Below, in pieces: positions 44,461 to 52,755 of a DNA stretch of 64,000 bases (within the stretch, counting starts at the first letter, position 1; each line of letters starts with the position of its first letter). Position numbers and translations under genes: made by a program. Origin of the DNA: a virus (Duplodnaviria; Caudoviricetes); the IMG/VR virus record IMGVR_UViG_3300037418_002332; one strand, given 5' to 3'. Under the pieces are notes generated by a model, which saw only the letters and a list, made by a program, of their open reading frames with translations, made no database searches and was not told where the DNA came from.

Positions 44461-45008
44461 TGCCATTCAACATTAACGAATTCGTGTCTGAATTGAATGC
44501 AAATGGAGTTGCGAAACTTTCCAATTTCGATGTCATCATCAACGGACCTGCTGGTATTCAAGATGTTGGTGTTGAACGTTCAATTCAAATGAGATGTTTT
44601 GTAGTTGATTTGCCAGGCAGACGTGTAGAAACTGGTGGTGCTATTGTGTATGGTCCTCCAAGAAAAATAGCAACCAATTCTATCTTTGATGAAATTACAT
44701 TACAAATAATTTTGTCTGAGGATATGGCAGAACGTGAATACTTTGAAACATGGTTTGACAAAATTGTTGGCAACTACAGAAATTTGCAATCTGATCCAAA
44801 TATGTACGATGTTGGATTCTATGATGATTATATTGGTACAGTTGAAATTACCAATTATTCTGAATCAGGAGACGTAATTCATCGAACAAAATTGATTGAA
44901 GCATACCCACTGAATATTGGCGCTGAGTCATTATCATGGGAACAAGGAAATCAATTGATGATACTTCCAGTGACCATGTATTATAAACATTACAAAAATG
45001 AAAACTAA
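44460..45008 (+). CDS. gp54: baseplate-tail tube initiator
   Basis: TAATG-coupled ATG at 44460 (track 44373); 'MPFNINEF', 'DLPGR', 'EREYFETW' and 'EAYPLNI...LSW' are tube-like motifs. Confidence 0.82.
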   Translation: MPFNINEFVSELNANGVAKLSNFDVIINGPAGIQDVGVERSIQMRCFVVDLPGRRVETGGAIVYGPPRKIATNSIFDEITLQIILSEDMAEREYFETWFDKIVGNYRNLQSDPNMYDVGFYDDYIGTVEITNYSESGDVIHRTKLIEAYPLNIGAESLSWEQGNQLMILPVTMYYKHYKNEN

Positions 45009-45019
45009 GGAGTTATAAT

Positions 45020-45721
45020 TTGCTGCCTGTACTTAACATTGCGAAACAACAAATAACAGTCCCATTTGTTAACAAAACATATACCATTAGACCATACCTT
45101 GTTGGTGAAGAAAAAGGCCTGATGATGTCTCTTGAATCAAGAGACGACGTTCAAATTGCTAAAGCAATCAAAAATCTGATTGTATCATGTGTGGAAGAGA
45201 AAATCAATATCGATGATCTATCCACATTTGAAACTGAATACATTTTCCTTCAACTTAGAATTATGTCAGTCAGTAACATTTCAGAAGTTGGATTTGGTCA
45301 TCAACATTCCACAGAATGTCAACATATCCAAAAAGTCACTATCGATCTAAACCAAATACAAATTGATGGTAAGATTGATAACAAAGTTTTATTGGATGAA
45401 GAATCAGGCATCGGTGTTATGTTAACCATGCCATCCAATAAGACCTTGGCTAAGAAATACAATACTGAAACTGAAAAAGTATTTGGATTGATTCAGGATA
45501 GTATTCAAGCAATTTATGATAAACAATCAGTGTATTACACCAAGGATGTAGCTCCTGATGAGTTGACATCTTGGATCAACAACCTAAATAATTCGCAAAT
45601 GCGCAAAATTGCTGATTTCTTCAGTGATTTGCCAACCATGAATTACGATATCAAGTACAAATGTGAAAAATGTGGCGAAATTGAAGAGTTCAAAGTAACA
45701 GGATTGTCCAATTTTTTATAA
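45020..45721 (+). CDS. gp26: baseplate hub assembly chaperone
   Basis: 'IRPYLVGEEK.L', 'FETEYIFLQLR..S', 'IADFF..LP', 'CEKCG' and terminal 'GLSNF' motifs; TTG start after AAGGAG. Confidence 0.9.
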   Translation: MLPVLNIAKQQITVPFVNKTYTIRPYLVGEEKGLMMSLESRDDVQIAKAIKNLIVSCVEEKINIDDLSTFETEYIFLQLRIMSVSNISEVGFGHQHSTECQHIQKVTIDLNQIQIDGKIDNKVLLDEESGIGVMLTMPSNKTLAKKYNTETEKVFGLIQDSIQAIYDKQSVYYTKDVAPDELTSWINNLNNSQMRKIADFFSDLPTMNYDIKYKCEKCGEIEEFKVTGLSNFL

Positions 45722-45942
45722 TATGTCTTAGTCATGAAAGCTTGAAAAATTATTACATGACCAATTTTACGCTGATGTATGATTTGAAAAAAGACATTAC
45801 ACAATGGGACAACTTCATGCCGTTCGAAAAGCAGATCTACTTGGAAATGATCATGCAAAGGCTTGAATCTGAAAGTAAAAATAACAATAAGAACAATAAC
45901 ATGTCCTCTATTCCAACGGAGGATGAATTCAGAGGCAGATAA
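45718..45942 (+). CDS. gp51: baseplate hub assembly catalyst; lacks a good own start and is probably translated by -1 frameshift from gp26
   Basis: 'LSHESLKNYY.TNF.LM...MPFEKQIY' matches cyanophage-type gp51. The conserved LSHES lies upstream of the first possible start codon (TTG 45742). Confidence 0.75.
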   Translation: MICLSHESLKNYYMTNFTLMYDLKKDITQWDNFMPFEKQIYLEMIMQRLESESKNNNKNNNMSSIPTEDEFRGR

Positions 45943-46380
45943 ATGGTAGACAAAAGAACGGATACTCAAAAGAAGAACGACGACAGATTTGCAAATAGAC
46001 GCAAAATGGCATTTTGGTCATTGTATGCTGTCCTATTGGTTACACTGAGCGTTACAGTCAAAATTCTCATTGCTCCAGCACTTGATGTTGGTCAATATTC
46101 AATCATTCTGAACTGGTCACTATCAATTCTTGGTGGTGTTGTATTGGCATTTATTGGTGCTGCGTCAGTTGAACAAATCAAAACTCCTCTTATTGGTAAT
46201 GACTCAACTGTTGTACTTGGACAAGATGAAAGATTGGTCAAAGCAGCTGATGCTCCAGTAGATAATGGTTCACCCGATCCACAATCAAATTGGACACCAA
46301 CTGAAGATGATACTGACCCTGAAGTATCAGTAGCCAAAAGAAGAAACTATCAAGAACCTGAAGAACTTCAAGGCAACTAA
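45943..46380 (+). CDS. small membrane protein with two predicted TM helices (holin-like, unproven)
   Basis: 'RRKMAFWSLYAVLLVTLSVTVKILI' and 'IILNWSLSILGGVVLAFIGAA' are hydrophobic segments; the tail is acidic. Confidence 0.6.
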   Translation: MVDKRTDTQKKNDDRFANRRKMAFWSLYAVLLVTLSVTVKILIAPALDVGQYSIILNWSLSILGGVVLAFIGAASVEQIKTPLIGNDSTVVLGQDERLVKAADAPVDNGSPDPQSNWTPTEDDTDPEVSVAKRRNYQEPEELQGN

Positions 46381-48458
46381 TGGCAAATGATTTTGACTAC
46401 ACTAATCTGATCAAATCACTGTATTTGGCAGGTGTTAGTGAAGATGAAATTGCAAAACAGTTCAAGTTAACGAGAGCTGTTGTTAATCAATTCATTCAAA
46501 AAATCAAAGCAACGCAGCAGCCAACAACACCTGCGGCTCCTGCTATTCCTGCTCCTGCATCCACACCATTACCAAAAATCAATGCAAATATTCAAGTGAA
46601 TGGTGTTGTTCAAAAAGGACCATCAATTGCTGTTATTGACGATGAAAGTATAAAGAAAATCGTGAATGCGTCAACTCAAGCATTCAGCACTTCAAAATCA
46701 TATCAACATACAATTCAACCAACTGCTGGTAAAAAGATCGATGATCAGGACTTTAGCAGTTTTTTCAGTGGTTACAAAACTGATACTATGAACATCTTCA
46801 CTAAGATGGCTAAAACACTTGAGGATTTGTTGAAGTCATTTGAAAAAAGTGAAGCTCGTATTAATCAACAAGGCAAAAAGCAAGACGCTAAAGATCAACG
46901 CGATAGACTTGACAAAATTGAAGAAGATCGTGAAAAGCCAAATAGAAAAAATGATGAACAAGATGGTTGGTTTGAAAAAATCAAAAATTTGATAAGAACT
47001 GGAGCAGGTGGCGTTGGAGGCGCATTATCAAATCCATCATCTGTAGTTGATTTTGCCAAGAATCAATTTTTGGGTACAGCATTAGGTGCATTTGCTGGTA
47101 ATGTTGTCAGAAGTCCATTCAAAACTGTTGGTGGATTGCTCAAAAATCCATGGTTGTTAGCAGCGTTGGCAGCAGGCAATGAAGCATGGCGATCTGCTGG
47201 ACAAACAGATTATAAACCTGACCCAACTTCACACAATACTGATGACGAAAATTATTTGGGCAGATTTTTAGCTGGTAATGGAAGCAAAGATTGGACTGAC
47301 AGAATTCAACATTATGCAGGTCTTGCTGGTACAGGTTTCTTGGCTGGTGGTGCAGGCGGTTCAGTTATTGGTGGTGTTGGTGCAATTCCTGGTGCAATAT
47401 TGGGTGGACTTGGTGGACTTGGTGTGGCAGCTGGTGGTGAATTGATTGGTCAAGATGCAATGGCAAACATAGTTGGTGCAGTAAAAGCTGGTGCATCAAA
47501 TGTTACTCCTGGTATGTTCATGGGGGTCAGAAGTGGCGACATTGGTATAAGTGAGGATAGAGCAGACCGTCTCCGTAAAGAAATTGCAGAAACTGATGTA
47601 GATATCAAAGCCAAAAATAAAAAGATGGATGGCATTATGGATGCCATGGCTAAATTGAGACTACAAGTTGATGACGCAAACAAACGTGGTGATAAAGCTG
47701 GTGCAGCTGCACTTCAAGCTCAAATGGATGCATTGAGCAGTGAAGGTGGTCAAACACAAATTGCTATCGGTGCTGCCCAAAAGAAAAGAGATTGGTCTTC
47801 ACAAGATTTGGATAGAGGCATACGTGAAAATGCTGCACAAACAGGTGCAGATATTGGTGGTGACATTTTAACTAATGTATTGAAAAAGAAACATGAAAAG
47901 GCAATGGGTGAACTTGGTGCTCAAGTTGGTAAACTTGTTGGACCAAAGATTGATCCAAATATTCCACTTGATCCGGGGATCAATGCACAAAAGATGAAAG
48001 TTTTACAAGGTTCAATCTATGCACCTGTTGGACAATTTTTGGATGATGCCAAATCAAGTATCGAAAGCATTTTCAATTGGGACAATTTTTTGAAAACATG
48101 GTACAGTGGAAGTCCTGAAGCTTACAACAAGATAGCACCTGCAGGTGCACAATTACCTGTTGATCCTTCCAAACCACATATTACCATGGAATCATATTTG
48201 AAATCTAAGGAAGAAAATAAAGGTTGGTTGTCCAATTTGTTTACATCAACTGAAAAGCCAAAGACAAAATCAATTCAAGAAATGGCTCGTGATGCAAATC
48301 AAGGCAGTAACGCATTTGGACAAATGCTTGGTGCTATGTCAAATATTCAAAATCAAAATACAAGTGTTAATAACACTGTCAATAACAAAACTGTGGTCGC
48401 TAGACCACCACTCGCAACCGATCAAAACTTCGGTGGATATGGAAGGGGAGGGTTCTAA
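46380..48458 (+). CDS. tape-measure-like baseplate hub protein (gp29 equivalent)
   Basis: 692 aa with coiled-coil stretches and Gly/Ala hydrophobic segments; directly downstream of gp26/gp51. Confidence 0.65.
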   Translation: MANDFDYTNLIKSLYLAGVSEDEIAKQFKLTRAVVNQFIQKIKATQQPTTPAAPAIPAPASTPLPKINANIQVNGVVQKGPSIAVIDDESIKKIVNASTQAFSTSKSYQHTIQPTAGKKIDDQDFSSFFSGYKTDTMNIFTKMAKTLEDLLKSFEKSEARINQQGKKQDAKDQRDRLDKIEEDREKPNRKNDEQDGWFEKIKNLIRTGAGGVGGALSNPSSVVDFAKNQFLGTALGAFAGNVVRSPFKTVGGLLKNPWLLAALAAGNEAWRSAGQTDYKPDPTSHNTDDENYLGRFLAGNGSKDWTDRIQHYAGLAGTGFLAGGAGGSVIGGVGAIPGAILGGLGGLGVAAGGELIGQDAMANIVGAVKAGASNVTPGMFMGVRSGDIGISEDRADRLRKEIAETDVDIKAKNKKMDGIMDAMAKLRLQVDDANKRGDKAGAAALQAQMDALSSEGGQTQIAIGAAQKKRDWSSQDLDRGIRENAAQTGADIGGDILTNVLKKKHEKAMGELGAQVGKLVGPKIDPNIPLDPGINAQKMKVLQGSIYAPVGQFLDDAKSSIESIFNWDNFLKTWYSGSPEAYNKIAPAGAQLPVDPSKPHITMESYLKSKEENKGWLSNLFTSTEKPKTKSIQEMARDANQGSNAFGQMLGAMSNIQNQNTSVNNTVNNKTVVARPPLATDQNFGGYGRGGF

Positions 48459-48468
48459 GGCCCTCCCC
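48445..48468. terminator. bidirectional terminator between convergent genes
   Basis: GGGGAGGG / CCCTCCCC stem between the tape-measure gene and gp32. Confidence 0.65.
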
Positions 48469-48476
48469 AACTCTCA

Positions 48477-49430
48477 TTATTCGTTAATCCACTCATCGAT
48501 CAAGGCTGAAGTGTCATCAGACGAATCTGATTCCGTTTCTTCGAGAAGTCTATTAACTTCATCGTCGTCTTGAGCGACTGGTGGGCGCGCTTCACTCTTC
48601 TTTGGTTCAACTTTCTTCTCTGAAGGAGTAGCAGAGCTATTGGTTGTACCATATAGAACTTCATCCAATTTTTTCTTCAACTCATCATAAGTCTTGAAAT
48701 GCTTTGAACGATCAAGAAGTTCAAGCAATGAATACTCTGCATCCCAAATTGCTTCAATTTGGTCATCAGAAAGTGGCTTGCCATTTTTGTCTGAGATAGG
48801 AGCAACACTATCCCATTCAGATGAATCGTAATTTGGGAATGACTTGTCATCAACTTTGACAGTTTTGATTTTCATTCTGAAGTTACGACCAGTCCAGAAG
48901 TTAAATGGATCGATTGGGTCTTCACCATAGGTTTCATCTGGATTCATCAAAGCAGTGATCTTATCATAGATTTTCTTGCCATATTTGTACAAGAAAACAC
49001 GACCTTCATTTTCTGGATTCAAAGGATCTTTGACCACCAAAATGTTACTGGTGTACTTCAAGTCTCTCTTTTGACGAGAAGCTTGTGCTTTACCAGCATC
49101 ATCTTGTTCCCAAAGCTTGCTGTTAAGTTCACCAACAGGATCCTTTTCATTGAATGTAGTCAATGAATTTTCTGCGTAATACTTACCAGTTGCCTTATTG
49201 TTGAAATTGTGTGAGTAAATCTTCACCCATGGAAGAGCTTCTGGGTGGGAATCATCAACTTTGGATACAGGGAGGAATCTAATGATGGCGAAACCATTAC
49301 CGTCGTCGCCACGTTTTGGAGACCAATAACGTTCGTCTGACTTCTTTTCGTAGACTGGTGCCTTGGCTTTTTCTTTGAATTTTTCGAGATTTGATTTTGA
49401 TCTTGCTTTGAGTTCTTGTAGTGATGTCAT
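48477..49430 (-). CDS. gp32: single-stranded DNA-binding protein
   Basis: 'DERYW', 'GNGFAIIRFLP', 'YAENSLTT...DPVGELN..LW', 'GRVFLYKYGKKIYDKI', 'NYDSSEW' and an acidic tail. Confidence 0.96.
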   Translation of the reverse strand: MTSLQELKARSKSNLEKFKEKAKAPVYEKKSDERYWSPKRGDDGNGFAIIRFLPVSKVDDSHPEALPWVKIYSHNFNNKATGKYYAENSLTTFNEKDPVGELNSKLWEQDDAGKAQASRQKRDLKYTSNILVVKDPLNPENEGRVFLYKYGKKIYDKITALMNPDETYGEDPIDPFNFWTGRNFRMKIKTVKVDDKSFPNYDSSEWDSVAPISDKNGKPLSDDQIEAIWDAEYSLLELLDRSKHFKTYDELKKKLDEVLYGTTNSSATPSEKKVEPKKSEARPPVAQDDDEVNRLLEETESDSSDDTSALIDEWINE

Positions 49431-49503
49431 GTATATTTTTCCTTTTAATTTTGGATCTTTTTGGCTAATTTATGGCTTCACCAATAATCAAAGTATAGAA
49501 CCA

Positions 49504-49511
49504 TATTTATA
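49504..49511 (-). promoter_or_regulatory. T4 late promoter TATAAATA upstream of gp32
   Basis: Exact consensus on the - strand at the gp59 stop. Confidence 0.6.
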
Positions 49512-50093
49512 CTATGAATTACGAACTGAACGAATGATATTCGAAAAAATTTCTTCTCTAAATTTCAAAAACGGTTCAATTCTTTCAAGAAAGTTGATGA
49601 AGTCATTTGCAAGTGGATCATCAGTCGATTTCCACTTTTTCCTAAGTAGATGCGCAAACTTCAACAAGTGTAAAATGGTAAAGAGTGACAATTGTTTTTG
49701 ATAGAACATAGTCACAACATCATTTATGTCAGCTAATCTTTTGATTTCATCTTTCGCTTTGAGTGTTTCAAACTCAGAGTAAAGATTGACTTCGAGTGAT
49801 TTTAGACTGTTGAGAAATTTTTTGTAGTTCTCAAGTCCTGTATCATTGACGATATCTGGAAAGAAGCTGCAGAATCTACCATGTTCAAAGTAATAATGGA
49901 TTTGGTTAGCAATCAGATAATAAATCAAATGATCTTCATCTGCGATCTTGGTTACAATGTAGGATGCCGCATGTGTAATTTTCTTGGGCATCCTTTTGCC
50001 CAACTTGCCATTATATTTGAAGAAATCATAGTTAGAAGATAGATGCAGTCGTACAGCCTCAAAAAGTTCTTGAGCGCGTTCTTTTTCTATCAT
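49512..50093 (-). CDS. gp59: helicase loader
   Basis: 'AVRLHLSSNYDFFKYNGK' N-terminal motif; lies between gp33 and gp32. Confidence 0.75.
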   Translation of the reverse strand: MIEKERAQELFEAVRLHLSSNYDFFKYNGKLGKRMPKKITHAASYIVTKIADEDHLIYYLIANQIHYYFEHGRFCSFFPDIVNDTGLENYKKFLNSLKSLEVNLYSEFETLKAKDEIKRLADINDVVTMFYQKQLSLFTILHLLKFAHLLRKKWKSTDDPLANDFINFLERIEPFLKFREEIFSNIIRSVRNS

Positions 50094-50317
50094 ATTGGAA
50101 GTGCATCAGCCTTTTTCAGTAGATGTAATTTAGCAGCTTCTGATTCAAGTTTTTCCTTGAGAGACTTGTCAATCAATCGAGCGACGGATTCAATTTCAAG
50201 TCCCTGCTGTTCAGCAAATAGAATAACTGCCTCCATGGCGGGGATATGTTTGTTTTCAATCAATTCAATTACATTTTTAGTGAATACTTCTTTTGTTATT
50301 ATTTTTAGAGATTCCAT
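50090..50317 (-). CDS. gp33: late promoter transcription accessory protein
   Basis: 'MEAVILFAEQQGLEIESVARLIDKSLKEKLESEA..L.LLK' is the typical gp33 pattern. Confidence 0.9.
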   Translation of the reverse strand: MESLKIITKEVFTKNVIELIENKHIPAMEAVILFAEQQGLEIESVARLIDKSLKEKLESEAAKLHLLKKADALPI

Positions 50318-51045
50318 ACTGTTCCTAATCTGTCATTAAGTTGTTCAATTGTTCCTCGCATTTTCAATGAAATCACATATTTTTTGTCTACAGTGTATTT
50401 TTGTAGACGTTTGATGGTAATCGCAACCAAACTCATGGTTTCCTGATCCATTACATCATCAGGACCACGTGGTGGATACTTGAGAATTTGTTCTTGATAC
50501 ATCTTACGACGTTTATCAGTGAAGTCAAGTTCACCATTTTGAAGCAATACCAAACAGGCATCGGTAACATGAATGACATCTTCATCAAATCCATAATACC
50601 AATTGGAGTTTTCGAAATCAAAATTGGAAACTAGTTTGACCGGATCAAGTCCTTTGACGAATGTCACATTGACTTGTACTTTGGACAACTTGCCAAGAAT
50701 GAATTTGAATGAACTATCCGAATCAGTGATAAACTTGTAATTGTCCTCAGCAAAAGTGATTTCCTCAAAACCAGTTGCATATTTTTCAGCCAGTTTTTTG
50801 AGTTCTGATTTGGTGGTGATTGAATAGTTCACGAAGATATCAAAATCAGCACCATTTGGTGAGATTTTTGGATGGAACAAATTGCCTAAACGAGAACCTG
50901 AGATAATTCCTTCTCTTAGTATCTTTTCCATTAGAGTGCCAAATTCAGAATTTGATCGAGTGGCCAATGCCAAAATTTCACGGCAATCTGCTCTCAAAGC
51001 CTTTTTGAATTTGCCCATCAAAGCTTCTAGTTCTTCATCAGTCAT
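50305..51045 (-). CDS. hypothetical protein with a nucleotidyltransferase-like motif
   Basis: 'GIISGSRL...ADFDIF' (GS...DxD), a later 'NFDF' and a terminal 'KRLQKY..K.Y'. Confidence 0.5.
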   Translation of the reverse strand: MTDEELEALMGKFKKALRADCREILALATRSNSEFGTLMEKILREGIISGSRLGNLFHPKISPNGADFDIFVNYSITTKSELKKLAEKYATGFEEITFAEDNYKFITDSDSSFKFILGKLSKVQVNVTFVKGLDPVKLVSNFDFENSNWYYGFDEDVIHVTDACLVLLQNGELDFTDKRRKMYQEQILKYPPRGPDDVMDQETMSLVAITIKRLQKYTVDKKYVISLKMRGTIEQLNDRLGTVWNL

Positions 51046-51066
51046 TCATTTTTTCCATCATTTTGT

Positions 51067-51074
51067 TATAAATA
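51067..51074 (+). promoter_or_regulatory. T4 late promoter TATAAATA upstream of gp17
   Basis: Exact consensus followed by an AAGGAG SD. Confidence 0.75.
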
Positions 51075-51094
51075 TTTTGTTAAAAGGAGATCAC

Positions 51095-52708
51095 ATGGTA
51101 CAAAGAGATATGGCGTATAGAGGAAATAAAAACCTCAAACGCTCAAACATCATGATTAATTATACTGAGGATCAGGTCAAAGAGTACATCAAATGTGCAC
51201 TTGATCCAATCTATTTCATCGAAACATACGTCAAGGTTGTTCACGTTGACAAAGGTTTGACGCCAATGAAATTGTATTCATATCAAAAGAATACAATTTT
51301 GGCATCCAACAATAACCGTAAAGTCATTTGTAAGTTCCCAAGACAAAGTGGCAAAAGCACTTGTATCGCTGCTTTTGCTCTTCATCAAATCATTTTCAAA
51401 GAGAACTATAATATCCTCATCGCTGCAAACAAAGGCAAAACAGCGCAGGAAATTATGAAAAAAGTACAAACATCATATGAATATCTGCCAAAGTGGCTTC
51501 AACAGGGTATTGTTCCTGGTGGCTTCAACAAATCAACGATTGAACTTGAAAATGGTTCACGTTGCATGGCAACCTCAACTTCAGCTGACTCTGCTCGTGG
51601 TTTCTCATTCAACGTCGTTATCCTAGACGAATTTGCGTTCTTGCCTAAGACAGTCGCCGATGAGTTCTTCACCTCAATTTATCCTACCATTTCATCTGGT
51701 GAAACAACCAAGATGATTGTGATTTCAACTCCAAAAGGATTGAATCACTTTTACAAAATGTATACTGATGCGGTCAACAAAAAGACCGACTATTTCCCGC
51801 TCGAAATCAAGTGGGATGAAGTTCCTGGTCGTAATGAAGCATTCAGAGAAGAACAAATCAAAAACTTTGGTATCGAACGTTGGAAACAAGAATTTGAGTC
51901 TGAATTCCTCGGTTCATCCAATACTCTTATTTCATCATATACTCTTCAGAACCTGGTTTCAATAGATCCTATAAAGAAAGTCAACGGCATAAAATTCTGG
52001 GAAATGCCAGTCAAAGGACGCAAATATTTTATCTCCATGGACGGTTCTGAAGGTAAAAATCTTGACTATCATGCATTCACAGTTTTGGACATCACCGAAC
52101 GGCCATTCCGCATTGTAGCCACGTGGCGAGATAAGGAAATGGAGCCATTGCTCGTTCCTGACATTTTGTATTATGCTGGCAAAATGTACAACGATGCGTT
52201 TATTCTTATTGAAACCAAATCCACCGGTGGGCAAATTGCTGACGAACTGTATTACAATCGTGAATACTGGAATGTTCTTGGTGCTAAATCCAATGGTAGA
52301 TCAGGTCAAACATTAACAAACTATTCAAAAAATGCAAAAGGTCTTAACACTTCCAAGATAACCAAAACTGTTGGTTGCACCAACTTGAAGATGATTATTG
52401 AACATGAGCAAATCATCATCAATGACTTTGATATTGTTGAAGAACTTTCCAACTTTGCTTTGAATCAAAACACATACAAAGCTGATGAAGGTTTCAACGA
52501 CGATTTGGTCAGCTGCTTGGTATCATTTTCATGGGCAACCACTCAAACTTTCTTCCAAAACTTGAGTTCAATCAATGTTCAGGACATTTTGACTGAAAAA
52601 ACCAATGAAATGATGGAATCTTTCCTTCCAATGTTCATGTCAGACGGTATTCCTGGTTCAGATAGATCATTAGATGATGATGGTTGGGATCACTATTTCA
52701 ACAACTAA
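51095..52708 (+). CDS. gp17: terminase large subunit
   Basis: ATG at 51095 after AAGGAG (track 50882 is too long); 'EYIKCALDPIYF', 'PRQSGKST', 'ILDEFAF', 'ISTPKGLNHFY' and 'NDDLV' motifs. Confidence 0.97.
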   Translation: MVQRDMAYRGNKNLKRSNIMINYTEDQVKEYIKCALDPIYFIETYVKVVHVDKGLTPMKLYSYQKNTILASNNNRKVICKFPRQSGKSTCIAAFALHQIIFKENYNILIAANKGKTAQEIMKKVQTSYEYLPKWLQQGIVPGGFNKSTIELENGSRCMATSTSADSARGFSFNVVILDEFAFLPKTVADEFFTSIYPTISSGETTKMIVISTPKGLNHFYKMYTDAVNKKTDYFPLEIKWDEVPGRNEAFREEQIKNFGIERWKQEFESEFLGSSNTLISSYTLQNLVSIDPIKKVNGIKFWEMPVKGRKYFISMDGSEGKNLDYHAFTVLDITERPFRIVATWRDKEMEPLLVPDILYYAGKMYNDAFILIETKSTGGQIADELYYNREYWNVLGAKSNGRSGQTLTNYSKNAKGLNTSKITKTVGCTNLKMIIEHEQIIINDFDIVEELSNFALNQNTYKADEGFNDDLVSCLVSFSWATTQTFFQNLSSINVQDILTEKTNEMMESFLPMFMSDGIPGSDRSLDDDGWDHYFNN

Positions 52709-52755
52709 ACATCAAAAAACCCTAAATATCTGAAAATAATAACAGGAGTAAATCA

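Noticed and set aside
49431-49500. T4-style gp32 autoregulatory pseudoknot in the leader
   Set aside because: The leader is A-rich, but I could not identify a convincing pseudoknot by eye.
50882-51094. N-terminal extension of gp17
   Set aside because: It overlaps the divergent gene 50305-51045; the promoter and SD point to ATG 51095.
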